Assembly (NCBI GenBank): GCA_016789705.1
Contig: JAEUQR010000136.1
Span: 1,711 to 65,710 of the forward strand
DNA: 64,000 nt
Direction: 5' to 3'
From: Acidobacteriota bacterium
Lineage (GTDB): Bacteria > Acidobacteriota > Vicinamibacteria > Vicinamibacterales > UBA2999
Below, one piece after another: positions 49,707-58,679 of this stretch. A program made the translations under genes and the position numbers. Numbering within the stretch: position 1 is the first letter of the stretch; each line of letters starts with the position of its first letter. The notes under the pieces were generated by a model. The model did not search any database and was not told the origin of the DNA. It worked only from the letters and a program-made list of their open reading frames with translations.

Positions 49707-49746
49707 TCCACAGGGTTTGCACCGTCCGTCCACAGGTTTTCCACAG
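49707..49746 (+). promoter_or_regulatory. Three helically phased direct repeats TCCACAG(G)(TTT) upstream of the 49826 gene
   Basis: TCCACAG occurs at 49707, 49729 and 49740, spaced 22 and 11 nt apart. The first two extend to CCACAGG(G)TTT. They lie 45-85 nt upstream of the predicted -35 at 49790. Confidence 0.35.
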
Positions 49747-49789
49747 CGGCCAATCCGCCGCCGCCGACGTCTGCTCCAGGAGACGCGTC

Positions 49790-49819
49790 TTGACCGCCGG
49801 AAGAAGCCCCACGTACGCT
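49790..49819 (+). promoter_or_regulatory. Candidate promoter TTGACC-18 nt-TACGCT, 6 nt upstream of the ATG at 49826 (leaderless-type)
   Basis: TTGACC at 49790-49795, TACGCT at 49814-49819, ctcagc, then ATG, with no SD. Confidence 0.35.
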
Positions 49820-49825
49820 CTCAGC

Positions 49826-51217
49826 ATGCAGCAGTGGCGAGGCGCCGTCATGGCGTCGATGGTGGTCGTGTTCCTCGCGGTGGCCGCCGCGGCGAACGCC
49901 CAGCCGCCGGCCACGCCGCCGCTCCTGCGGGTGTTCCTCACCGACGGCACGTCGCTCACGAGCTTCGGCGAGTGGGTGCGCATGGACGACCGCATCGTCT
50001 TCTCGCTGCCGCTGAGCGATGGTCCCACGCCCGACCTGCAGCTCGTGACGCTGGCCGCCGGCCGAGTCGACTGGGTGAAGACGGAGCGCTACGCGCAGAC
50101 CGCGCGCACGGTGCATTACGCCTCGACGCGTGCCGAGGACGACTTCGCGCAGTTCTCGAATCAGGTGGCGTCCGTGCTCACGGGCGTCGCCAGGGAACCC
50201 GACCCCAGGCGCCGGCTCGCCATGGCCGAGAGCGCGCGTTCGGCGCTCGCCGAGTGGCCGCGCCAGCATTACGGGTATCGCGCCGCCGACGTGCAGCAGA
50301 TGTTGTCGCTGCTCGACGAGGTCGTGTCGGACCTGCGCGCCGCGGCCGGGCAGGACACCTTCGAACTGAACCTCGTCTCCACCACGCCGATGGCGCCGGC
50401 TGAAACCCTCCTGCCGCCGCCGAGCACGGCGCAGCTCGCCGAGGAGTTGCTGGCCGCCTCGACGCTCGCCGAGTCGCCGGCCGAGCGCACGACGCTGCTC
50501 GAGCGTGTCGTCGGGCTCATCGAACGCGCCGCGAATCTGCTGCCCACGGCCTGGGCCACGAAGGTGAAGGCGTCGGCCCTGGGCGGCATCCGCACCGAGC
50601 GCGCGACCGATCTCGCCTACACAAAGCTCGCGGCCACGACCCTCGATCGCGCCGCCCAGCGGGCCCGCGCCGCCGACGTGCGCGGGCTCGAACGGCTGCG
50701 CGCGGAGACGCTCAGGGCCGACGCGAAGCTCGGCGCGAAGCGGCCGGCCGAGCTCGGCGTGATGCTCGCCGCCATCGACGCCGGCACCGAGTCGGCCCGC
50801 CGCCTGCGCCTGGCGCGCGATCAGTGGCGGCTGCTCGCGCCGGTGTATCGCAGCTACGAACGGTCGGTGCGTCCGGCCCTGGTCACACTCGCGGGGGCCG
50901 AGCGGACGCTCGAGGACATCCGCGCGCAGGCCGGCCCCAGTCCCGCGCTGCTCAAGAAGGCCATCACGCGCTTCTATCGGGCGCGCCCGGCGGTGAACGG
51001 CACGAATCCCCCGGCGCAGCTCGTCGCCGCGCACGCCCTGCTCAAGAGCGCCTGGGAGATGGCCGACAGCGCCCTGGCGCTGCGCATGCGGGCGGTCGAG
51101 ACCGGCGATCCGGCGCGCGCCGCCGAGGCCTCGGCGGCGGCGGCCGGGGCGCTCATGCTCACCGTGCGCGCCCGCGACGACATCGCGCAGGCCGTCAAGG
51201 CACCCGCGCTGCCGTGA
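49826..51217 (+). CDS. Secreted, predicted all-helical protein of unknown function
   Basis: Starting at internal MQQWRGAVMASMVVVFLAVAAAANAQ (signal peptide). 463 aa, Ala/Leu/Arg/Glu-rich with helical character. Its stop overlaps the addB-like GTG start (GTGA). Confidence 0.6.
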   Translation: MQQWRGAVMASMVVVFLAVAAAANAQPPATPPLLRVFLTDGTSLTSFGEWVRMDDRIVFSLPLSDGPTPDLQLVTLAAGRVDWVKTERYAQTARTVHYASTRAEDDFAQFSNQVASVLTGVAREPDPRRRLAMAESARSALAEWPRQHYGYRAADVQQMLSLLDEVVSDLRAAAGQDTFELNLVSTTPMAPAETLLPPPSTAQLAEELLAASTLAESPAERTTLLERVVGLIERAANLLPTAWATKVKASALGGIRTERATDLAYTKLAATTLDRAAQRARAADVRGLERLRAETLRADAKLGAKRPAELGVMLAAIDAGTESARRLRLARDQWRLLAPVYRSYERSVRPALVTLAGAERTLEDIRAQAGPSPALLKKAITRFYRARPAVNGTNPPAQLVAAHALLKSAWEMADSALALRMRAVETGDPARAAEASAAAAGALMLTVRARDDIAQAVKAPALP

Positions 51218-54200
51218 CCACGCCGCGCTCGACCTGCCTGCACCGCGCGGTCGATCCCGAAGGCTTCCGGCGCGCCATCGCCGACATCGTCGCCGAGGCC
51301 CAGCCACTCGCCGCCCGCGACGTCTTCGTCGTCGTGCCGACGCGCGCCGCCGCCGACGAAATGCGCCGCACCCTCGAACAGCTCGCGTGGGCCGGTGGCG
51401 CGGCCGCGTTGTGCCTGCCGCTCATCGGCACGCGCGGCGACCTGCTCGACGAACTGGCCGGCCGGCTGGCCGAGCCGCCGCCGCGCCTGAACGGCTTCGA
51501 CCGCGAGGTCATGCTGGCGCGCGCCGCCCGCGACGCGCGCGCGGCCGGCGCCGAACCGCCCTTTGCCGTGCGGCCCGGGCTCGTGGCCGAGATGCTGGCG
51601 CTCTACGACGCGCTGCGCCGTCAGCTCCGCACCGTGGCGCGCTTCGAGGAGTTCCTGACCGAGGAACTCGAAGCGTCGGACGATCGCGGCGCCGTGCGGA
51701 TGCTGGCGCAGACGCACTTTCTTGCCCAGTCGTTCCGCGGCTACGAGGCCCTCGCCGCATCGAGCGGCGCGCTCGACGAGCACGCGCTGCGCGACCGCCT
51801 GCTGCACGAACTGCCGGCGCGTCCGTTGCGGCGCGTCGTCATCACGGTGACGGACCGCGTAGCCGATCCGGCCGGCCTCTGGCCGTCGGACCTCGACCTG
51901 CTGACGCGTCTGCCCGGGCTCACGCAGCTTGACGTCGTGGCCACCGAAACGCGGCTGGCCGGCGGCTGGCTCGAACGCCTGCACGCCGAGATGCCGGGCA
52001 TCGAGGAACGCGCCGTGCCGGCCGGGTCGGGCGGGCGTCCGCTGTGTCTCGTGCCCGACGCCGACGCGTGGATCTTCACGAGCCGCGACCGCGAGGAGGA
52101 ACTGGCGGCCTTCGCCCGCCGCCTCAAGGCGGAACGCCGCGCCGGGCGTCTCACCGCCGACTCGCGCGTGGCGCTCGTGGTGCGCCGCCCGCTGCCGTAT
52201 CTCTACCTCGCGCGCGACGTGCTCGGCCGGGCCGGCATCCCCTACGCCACACGCGACACGCTGCCGCTTGCCGCCGAGCCCTTCGCCGCCGCCATCGACG
52301 TGCTCTTCGAGTGGGTCACGAGCGGCTTCACGCGCGCGGCCACGCTCGCCGTGCTGCGCGCGCCGCACTTCCGCTTCCTCGACGGCGACCAGCCGCTCGA
52401 CGGACGCGCCGTCGTCGCGCTCGATCGCGCGCTCGCCGAGGCGCGGTACCTTGGCGATCCCGATCGCCTCGCCGCACTCGTCGAGACGTGGAGCGCGCTG
52501 CCGGAGCGGCGGCGTCACGAGCATGCGCGCCTGGCGCTGCCGGCCGCCCGCGCGGCGGCGGCGGCGGCGGCGCTGCTCAAACCGCTGGCCACCGCGCGGC
52601 CCGTGGGTGCCCATGTGGCCACACTCACCGCGTTCCTCGAGCGCCACCTGCGTCCGCTCACGGATGACGACGCGCTGCACTCGCGTGAGGCGCGCGTCAG
52701 GTCCGCCGTGATCGGCGCCTGCCAGTCGCTGGCCGCTGCCTACGCGACTTTCGATGCGGACGAGGCCCTCGACGTCACCGTCGTGGCCGCGGCCGTGCGG
52801 CGCTGGCTCGGCGCGCAGACGTTCGCGCCGCCGACGGGCGCTTGCGGCGTGCAGATCGTGGATGCGGCCACCGCCCCCTACGGCCTCTACGACGACATCC
52901 AGATCGTCGGCCTCATCGACAACGACTGGCCGGAGCGCGAACGCCGCAGCATCTTCTATCCGGCGTTCCTGCTGCAGTCCCTCGCCTGGCCCGAGGAGCG
53001 CAAGCGCCTCGACGGCGCCCGCGCCGCGTTTCTCGATCTGCTGGCGCTGGCCCGGCACCGCTTCGCGCTCTCGACCGTGACGCTCGAAGACGACGCCGTG
53101 GTCGAGCCGTCGGCGTTTCTCCACGACGTGCGCGCGCTGGCGCCGCCGCGGCAGGTGGTGCCGCCCGACACGACGACGCGCATCTTCCCGTGGGAGGCGC
53201 TCGCCATCGACCCGCCGGCACTCGACGCGCTGCCCGACGTGCCGCGGACGTGGGCTGCCGTGCGGCTGGCGCGTCCGCCGCGCACGAACGCCGAGTTCCA
53301 CGGCGACGCCGGCCCGTGGCTGCTGCCGCGCCTGTCGGTGAGCCGCCTCGAGCGGTATCTCGATTGTCCGTTCAAGTTCTACGCCTCGCAGGTGCTGAGC
53401 CTCGAGGAGCCGCCGGAGGACGAAGACAGCCGCACGCCGCTCGAGCGGGGGCTCTTCCTGCACGAGCTCTTCGAGAAGACGTTCGCCGAATGGAAGGCGG
53501 CGGGCCACGGCGCCATCACGGCCGATCTGCTGCCCGAGGCGCAGCGGGTGTTCGACGGTGTGGCGACGGCGGCGCTGGCGACCCTGCCACCCGGTGAAGC
53601 GGCGATCGAGCGGCTCAGGCTCTTCGGCACTGCCGGCGCGCCGGGCATCGCGCGTCGGGTGCTCGCCATGGAAGTGGAACGCGGCGGCATCGTCGTGGAT
53701 CGCCTGCTCGAGTTCGAACTCGACGGGGCGTTCACATTCACCGCCGCCGATGGCCGTTCGCGCACGCTCACGCTGCGGGGCAAGGTCGATCGCATCGACC
53801 TGCTCAACGACGGCACGTTCCACCTCATCGACTACAAGACCCGCGCCGTGCCCGACACGCGGCGCGCCCTCCAGTTGCCCATCTATTCGGTGTGCGTCGC
53901 GCAGCGGCTCGCGGGCTACCGCGGCCGCCACTGGACGCTCGGCGCCGCGAGCTACCTGTCGTACGAAGGCACCGATGCGCTCGTGCCGCTCACGAAGAAG
54001 CCGGCCGACCTGCCGGCGCGTGTGGCCGAGGCGCAGGGGCAGCTCCTCGACGTGCTCGACGGCATCGGCGCCGGGCGCTTCCCGCCGAAGCCGGCCGAGC
54101 GGTCGCTCTGCAACTACTGCGCGTATGCGCCGGTGTGCCGCAAGGACTACGTGAGCGACGAGCCGGCCCTCGTCGCCGAGGCCGGCGAGGCGGGCGCGAG

Positions 54201-54222
54201 CGGGGAGGTGCCGGGTGACTGA
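51214..54222 (+). CDS. addB: AddB-type helicase-nuclease subunit (PD-(D/E)XK nuclease with Fe-S cluster; degenerate helicase domain)
   Basis: About 1002 aa from the GTG at 51214. The C-terminal RecB-type nuclease motif is GKVDRIDLLNDGTFHLIDYKT. Four Cys residues are arranged as in the AddB iron staple (LERYLDCPFKFY ... CNYCAYAPVC). No intact Walker A is visible. Confidence 0.75.
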   Translation: MTTPRSTCLHRAVDPEGFRRAIADIVAEAQPLAARDVFVVVPTRAAADEMRRTLEQLAWAGGAAALCLPLIGTRGDLLDELAGRLAEPPPRLNGFDREVMLARAARDARAAGAEPPFAVRPGLVAEMLALYDALRRQLRTVARFEEFLTEELEASDDRGAVRMLAQTHFLAQSFRGYEALAASSGALDEHALRDRLLHELPARPLRRVVITVTDRVADPAGLWPSDLDLLTRLPGLTQLDVVATETRLAGGWLERLHAEMPGIEERAVPAGSGGRPLCLVPDADAWIFTSRDREEELAAFARRLKAERRAGRLTADSRVALVVRRPLPYLYLARDVLGRAGIPYATRDTLPLAAEPFAAAIDVLFEWVTSGFTRAATLAVLRAPHFRFLDGDQPLDGRAVVALDRALAEARYLGDPDRLAALVETWSALPERRRHEHARLALPAARAAAAAAALLKPLATARPVGAHVATLTAFLERHLRPLTDDDALHSREARVRSAVIGACQSLAAAYATFDADEALDVTVVAAAVRRWLGAQTFAPPTGACGVQIVDAATAPYGLYDDIQIVGLIDNDWPERERRSIFYPAFLLQSLAWPEERKRLDGARAAFLDLLALARHRFALSTVTLEDDAVVEPSAFLHDVRALAPPRQVVPPDTTTRIFPWEALAIDPPALDALPDVPRTWAAVRLARPPRTNAEFHGDAGPWLLPRLSVSRLERYLDCPFKFYASQVLSLEEPPEDEDSRTPLERGLFLHELFEKTFAEWKAAGHGAITADLLPEAQRVFDGVATAALATLPPGEAAIERLRLFGTAGAPGIARRVLAMEVERGGIVVDRLLEFELDGAFTFTAADGRSRTLTLRGKVDRIDLLNDGTFHLIDYKTRAVPDTRRALQLPIYSVCVAQRLAGYRGRHWTLGAASYLSYEGTDALVPLTKKPADLPARVAEAQGQLLDVLDGIGAGRFPPKPAERSLCNYCAYAPVCRKDYVSDEPALVAEAGEAGASGEVPGD
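52552..52572 (+). repeat. (GCG)7 trinucleotide run encoding poly-Ala inside addB
   Basis: gcggcggcggcggcggcggcg is in frame and translates as AAAAAAA. Confidence 0.9.
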
Positions 54223-57200
54223 CGGCCAGCTCCCGTTCCACTTCGACGACGAGCCCGCGGCGGCCACTCCGGACGCGACGACGGCGCCCGGGCCGCTCGC
54301 GGACGCGCTGGCGCGCGATCGCGACGCCCGCGAGTACGCCGTGGACCCGGGCGTGCACGTGGCGCTCGAGGCCTCGGCCGGCACCGGCAAGACGAAGGTG
54401 CTCGTCGATCGCTACGTGAACCTGCTGCGGGCCGGCGTCGAGCCGCGCCGTGTGCTCGCCATCACGTTCACGCGCAAGGCCGCCGCCGAGATGCGCGCCC
54501 GCATCGTGGCCGAACTCACGCGGATGGCCGAACTCGGCGCCATCCCGGCACCGGTCTGGAAGAGCCTGCGCGGGCGGCTGAGCGAGATCGCGATCAGCAC
54601 CATCGACGCCTTCTGCCTGGCGCTGCTCGGCGAGTTCCCGCTCGAGGCCGACGTCGACCCCGGCTTCGGCGTGGCCGACGAAACCGAGACGCCGCGCCTC
54701 GTGGACGACGCGCTCGATCGCACACTGCGCATCGGCCGCGCGCAGAGTGCGCACGATGCCGAGGTGGCGCTGCTCTTCGCCCGCATGGGCGAGGGCCGTC
54801 TGCGCGGGGCCCTGACGCGCCTGCTCGACCGCCGCCTCGTGGCGGTGGCCGCGCTCGACCGTTTCCTGCAGCGCGCGCCACACGGCATGACGGCGGAGGT
54901 GGCGGCCGCGCGCGCCGCGGCGCGGCTCGCGGATCTCTTCGCCGGCGGCCGGCTGTCGCGGCTCATCGCCACCGGGCCCGCCGCCAACGACTTCCGGCTT
55001 CTCGCCTCGGGTCTCTCGCGCGTGGTCACGCCCGGGGCCGCCGTAGAGCCGGGTGAGATCGCCGACCTGCTGACGCGGCTGCGCGACTATGCGTGCACGA
55101 AGACCGGCACGCCGCGGAAACGTCCGCGGCATCTGAAGGCGGAGTTCCCGCCGGGCGCCGCCTACCAGATCCACACGGCGCTCCTCGGAGAGATCGGCGC
55201 CGACGTGCCGCGTCTCGTGGACGCGCATCGCGCCGACGTGAACGTGGTGCTCGCGCGCAGTCTGCGCTGGCTCACGGCTCGCGCCATCGAGCAGTACCGC
55301 AAGACGCTCGACGAACACGCCATGGTGGATTTCACCGACGCGCTCGTGAAAGCGCTGGCGCTGCTCGAGCGGATGGAGGAGTTCTCGCAGAGCCGCTACC
55401 GCCTGGAGTCGCGCTACCAGCACGTGCTCGTGGACGAGCTGCAGGACACGAGCCGGCCGCAGTGGGCGCTCGTCGAGCTGCTCGTGCGGGCGTGGGGTGA
55501 AGGCGTGGGCGTGGCCTACGAGGGGCCGGCGCCGCCTTCGCTCTTCGTCGTGGGCGACCGGAAGCAGTCGATCTACGGCTTTCGCGATGCCGAGGTGGGC
55601 GTGCTCGAAGAAGCCGTGCGGCTCATCGGCCGGCTGCGGCCGGGGCGTCCCGCCCGCCGCGCCATCGTGCAGAGCTTCCGCGCCGTGCCCGCCCTGCAGC
55701 AGTTCGTGAACGACATCTGCGACGAAGTGGAGAAGCGCACCGATCGCGGCGACGCCTTCCGCTACGACGATCGCGATCGCTTCCCGGTGACCGTGGACGA
55801 CTGGCGCGGGCGGCCCGTGGGCGTCGTGGCGGCGCCCGAGACGCGCGAGGTGGCGCGCGCCGTGGCCGGCGAGATCGCCGGAATGATCGCCCGGCGGGAG
55901 ACCGTGCGGGATCGCGACACCGGCGTGCCGCGCGAGATCGCGCCCGGCGACATCGCCATTCTCTTCCGTTCGCGCGACAGCCACCGCGACTTCGAGCGCG
56001 AGCTCGAAGCGGTGAGCGTGCCCTACTACGTCTACAAGGGCCTCGGCTTCTTCGACGCCGACGAAGTGAAGGACGTCATCGCGCTCATCCACTATCTGGC
56101 GGAGCCCGGCTCGGACCTGCATGCCGCGGCCTTCCTGCGGTCGCGATTCGTGCGGTTGTCCGACCCGGCGCTGAAGCTGCTGGCGTCACGGCTGGCGCTC
56201 GCGCTCGGCGGTGCGGACGTGCCGGCTGCATTCGACGCCCTGACCGCCGACGACCGCCTGGTGCTGGCCCACGCGCGCGCTTCGGCGGCGCGCTGGGTGG
56301 CGCTCGCCGACCGCCTGCCGCCGGCCGAACTCGTGGACGCAGTGCTGCACGAGAGCGCCTACGCCTTCGAACTGCGTGGCGCCGGCCGCGTGCAGGCGCG
56401 CGAGAACCTGAAGAAGCTGCGCGGGCTCATCCGCCGTCTGCAGAACCGCGGCTACGCCACGCTCGGGCGCGTGGCCGAGCGGGTGTCGCAGCTCATGGCG
56501 GGTGACGAGTCGAACGCCATCGTGGACGCGCTCGACGCCGTGAACCTCATGACCGTGCACGCCTCGAAGGGCCTCGAGTTCCCGGTGGTCTTCGTGGTGA
56601 ACCTGTCGCGCGGCACCGGCGGACGCGGCGACCCGGTGGAAGTCGTGTCGCGCATGGATGGCGACGGCGAGCCCGACGACCTCGTATCGATCGACAGCCT
56701 GGTCAACGACGCCCGCGATGAGATCGAGGCGCGTGAGCGCGAAGAGAACAAGCGGCTCGTCTACGTCGCGGTGACGCGGGCGCGTGACCGACTGTATCTG
56801 GCCACCACGCTCACGAAACACGGCGTGTTCGCGCCCGGGCCGACGGCGCTCGGCGCCGTGCTTCCGCCCTCGTTCGCCGCCGTGTTCGCGCAGGCCGCCA
56901 CCGGCAGCGGGGAGACGGCGACATGGACGGCCGCGTCCGGCACGACCCACGTGTGCCGGCTCGTGCGGCCGGCGCCCGTGGCAGCGCTGCCGCCGGCACC
57001 AGCCGAGGCCGTGCCGGCCCACGACGACTTCGCGCCGCTCGTCTTCACCGCCACCGCCGCCACGAACGTGAGCGACCTGACCCGGGCCGGTGAGCCGCCG
57101 GCCGCCGCCCGCGATGGCTCACCCGAGCGGGCCACGGCCCGTGCGATCGGCGCGCTCGTGCATCGGGCCGTGGCCGCGGGGGCGCTCTCGGCCGGCCAGG

Positions 57201-57556
57201 AACGTCGCGCCGCCATCGTCGCCTCGCTCGGGGCCGGTGCCACACACGACATCCGCGCGGCGGCCGCTGCCGCCCTGACGCGGCTGGCCGGCCGGTCCGA
57301 CATCCAGGCCCTCATCAGCGAACAAGATGTGCAGCATGAGGTGACGTTCTCGTGGCGGGGCGAGGATGGCGCCACCGTGCGCGCGGTGGTGGATGCGGTG
57401 GTGCGCCGGGCCGATGGCTCGGTGACGCTCGTCGAGTTCAAGACCGGCGCGCCGCGTGACGCGGATACGCGGCAATTGCAGGCATACGTGGACGGCGTGC
57501 GCCGTCTGCTGCCCGAAACGGCATTGGACGGGCGGATTATCCGCCTCGATTCATGA
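54215..57556 (+). CDS. addA: AddA/RecB-type UvrD-family helicase-nuclease
   Basis: 1113 aa with a GTG start overlapping the addB stop by 8 nt. Walker A LEASAGTGKTKVLV, SF1 motifs (VDELQDTS, VGDRKQSIYGFRDA, TVHASKGLEFPVV, YVAVTRAR), and a C-terminal RecB nuclease motif GSVTLVEFKTG. Confidence 0.9.
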   Translation: MTDGQLPFHFDDEPAAATPDATTAPGPLADALARDRDAREYAVDPGVHVALEASAGTGKTKVLVDRYVNLLRAGVEPRRVLAITFTRKAAAEMRARIVAELTRMAELGAIPAPVWKSLRGRLSEIAISTIDAFCLALLGEFPLEADVDPGFGVADETETPRLVDDALDRTLRIGRAQSAHDAEVALLFARMGEGRLRGALTRLLDRRLVAVAALDRFLQRAPHGMTAEVAAARAAARLADLFAGGRLSRLIATGPAANDFRLLASGLSRVVTPGAAVEPGEIADLLTRLRDYACTKTGTPRKRPRHLKAEFPPGAAYQIHTALLGEIGADVPRLVDAHRADVNVVLARSLRWLTARAIEQYRKTLDEHAMVDFTDALVKALALLERMEEFSQSRYRLESRYQHVLVDELQDTSRPQWALVELLVRAWGEGVGVAYEGPAPPSLFVVGDRKQSIYGFRDAEVGVLEEAVRLIGRLRPGRPARRAIVQSFRAVPALQQFVNDICDEVEKRTDRGDAFRYDDRDRFPVTVDDWRGRPVGVVAAPETREVARAVAGEIAGMIARRETVRDRDTGVPREIAPGDIAILFRSRDSHRDFERELEAVSVPYYVYKGLGFFDADEVKDVIALIHYLAEPGSDLHAAAFLRSRFVRLSDPALKLLASRLALALGGADVPAAFDALTADDRLVLAHARASAARWVALADRLPPAELVDAVLHESAYAFELRGAGRVQARENLKKLRGLIRRLQNRGYATLGRVAERVSQLMAGDESNAIVDALDAVNLMTVHASKGLEFPVVFVVNLSRGTGGRGDPVEVVSRMDGDGEPDDLVSIDSLVNDARDEIEAREREENKRLVYVAVTRARDRLYLATTLTKHGVFAPGPTALGAVLPPSFAAVFAQAATGSGETATWTAASGTTHVCRLVRPAPVAALPPAPAEAVPAHDDFAPLVFTATAATNVSDLTRAGEPPAAARDGSPERATARAIGALVHRAVAAGALSAGQERRAAIVASLGAGATHDIRAAAAAALTRLAGRSDIQALISEQDVQHEVTFSWRGEDGATVRAVVDAVVRRADGSVTLVEFKTGAPRDADTRQLQAYVDGVRRLLPETALDGRIIRLDS

Positions 57557-57566
57557 CTTTTCTTTC

Positions 57567-57596
57567 TTGTGCCTGCCGGAAGCTTTTCACTAGACT
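57567..57596 (+). promoter_or_regulatory. Candidate promoter TTGTGC-18 nt-TAGACT for the 57643 miniprotein
   Basis: It lies in an unusually A/T-rich stretch just after the addA stop. A GAGGAG RBS precedes the GTG at 57643. Confidence 0.35.
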
Positions 57597-57642
57597 ATGA
57601 CCAGCGTGCGCCCGCCTCCGGGCCCGCGAGAGGAGCAAGGGC

Positions 57643-57864
57643 GTGGCGTTGACGTGTCCGAATTGCGGCAATGACCAGAACTTCCAGGTCAAGACGCTGC
57701 AGATGCATGTGGTGAAGCTCGATGACAGCCGGGTCGAGGTCACCGATGAGTCGCGTCCCGCCGTGTTCGAGGTGCTGTGCGACGAATGCGAAACCGAGCT
57801 GAGCCTCGATGACGCCGACGACGCCCTGCGCCGCGAAGTGATGCTGACGGTCGGCGCGCGCTAG
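57643..57864 (+). CDS. Zinc-ribbon miniprotein (CxxC...CxxC), unknown function
   Basis: 73 aa, MALTCPNCGNDQNF...VLCDECETELSLDD, with its own RBS and terminator. Confidence 0.6.
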   Translation: MALTCPNCGNDQNFQVKTLQMHVVKLDDSRVEVTDESRPAVFEVLCDECETELSLDDADDALRREVMLTVGAR

Positions 57865-57890
57865 CGCGTCCGGCGTCCGGGTTCGACCTG

Positions 57891-57913
57891 AAGGGGCCGC
57901 ACGGCCCCTTTTT
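57891..57913 (+). terminator. Rho-independent terminator (possibly bidirectional) between the two convergent zinc-ribbon genes
   Basis: aaggggcc-gcac-ggcccctt is followed by ttt. There is a clear stem plus T-run in the plus direction, and an A-run on the other side gives a weaker minus-strand terminator. Confidence 0.75.
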
Positions 57914-57937
57914 GCTGCGCGTCACCTGCCGGCGGCG

Positions 57938-58105
57938 TCACTCCTCGTCGAGTTCGCGGTCCGCTTCCTCGAAGTAGTCGCACTCCGGACAGATCCACTC
58001 GCGGATCGGCGTGCGCAGGACCTGCGAAGACCCCGGGATGTGACGGATCTCCTCGCGGAGACTGAGCCGCATGTTCTCGCCGCACTGCGGACATTCCTTC
58101 TGCAT
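57938..58105 (-). CDS. Zinc-ribbon miniprotein, YgiT/MqsA-N-terminal-like zinc finger without an HTH domain
   Basis: Starting at internal MQKECPQCGENMRLSLREEIRHIPGSSQVLRTPIREWICPECDYFEE (55 aa), with GAGGA upstream. The CPxCG...CxxC spacing (31 residues between pairs) resembles YgiT-type fingers. Confidence 0.55.
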   Translation of the reverse strand: MQKECPQCGENMRLSLREEIRHIPGSSQVLRTPIREWICPECDYFEEADRELDEE

Positions 58106-58161
58106 GGTTCGACAATCCTCGCGGCCGCCCCACGCGGCCCGCTCTTCGTATCGGCGTTGTC

Positions 58162-58190
58162 TTGACAACACCGCACCCCGCTCCTATCGT
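58162..58190 (+). promoter_or_regulatory. Near-consensus promoter TTGACA-17 nt-TATCGT overlapping the palindrome GTTGTC-TT-GACAAC
   Basis: TTGACA at 58162-58167 and TATCGT at 58185-58190. The -35 is embedded in the inverted repeat gttgtcttgacaac (58157-58170) within the divergent spacer between the 58105(-) and 58227(+) genes. Confidence 0.45.
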
Positions 58191-58198
58191 ACGGGTCT

Positions 58199-58218
58199 CG
58201 CGGGCCCCCGGGCCCGCG
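58199..58218 (+). other. GC hairpin in the predicted 5' UTR of the 58227 gene
   Basis: cgcgggcc-cccg-ggcccgcg, an 8-bp G/C stem, lies between the predicted -10 and the ATG. No SD precedes the ATG. Confidence 0.35.
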
Positions 58219-58226
58219 TTTCTGTT

Positions 58227-58679
58227 ATGCCCCGCTACTGGAGCGTCGACGAGGCCTGGACGGCCACCGACCACTCGCCCGAACTCGAGCGCGAGATCGG
58301 GCGGTCTCTGTCCGACGAAGTTGCCATCGACTTTCCCTCGATGCGCGGGCCGATCGGCCGCATGCGCGCCGGCTTCGGCGACACCGTCGAGGCCGAGCCG
58401 ATGGTCGCGCTCGTGCAGCTCTCGGCGCGGCAGGCCGGCACCGGCGTGAAGGTGCCGCTCGACGTGCCGCTCGCGCGCGCCTGTGTTGGCTGCGGGGGGC
58501 GCGGCGAAACGTGGAACGCCGCGTGCGATCCCTGCGAAGGCACCGGGGCCACCATCGAACGATACCCGCTCACGCTCACCGTGCCGGCCGGCGTCGTCGA
58601 CGGCGCCCGCTTCGCCTTCAGCGTGGCCCACCCGCGCGGCCACCGCGCGCACGTCGAAGTGCGCGTCGCCGTCCTGTGA
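58227..58679 (+). CDS. J-domain-less DnaJ-type protein (single CR zinc centre plus DnaJ C-terminal-like beta domain)
   Basis: 150 aa from the internal ATG. CVGCGGRGETWNAACDPCEGTG gives two CxxCxGxG repeats. It is flanked by VALVQLSARQAGTGVKVPLDV and YPLTLTVPAGVVDGARFAF, which resemble DnaJ CTD-I strands. There is no HPD/J-domain. Confidence 0.55.
   Translation: MPRYWSVDEAWTATDHSPELEREIGRSLSDEVAIDFPSMRGPIGRMRAGFGDTVEAEPMVALVQLSARQAGTGVKVPLDVPLARACVGCGGRGETWNAACDPCEGTGATIERYPLTLTVPAGVVDGARFAFSVAHPRGHRAHVEVRVAVL

Noticed and set aside
50974-54390. An 1138-aa minus-strand ORF, the longest 'hypothetical' in the track, lying antisense to addB
   Set aside because: Its composition is dominated by Arg, Ala, Gly and Glu and it contains no recognisable motifs. 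It lies exactly antisense to a gene with clear AddB nuclease and Fe-S motifs, which is typical of a high-GC shadow ORF.
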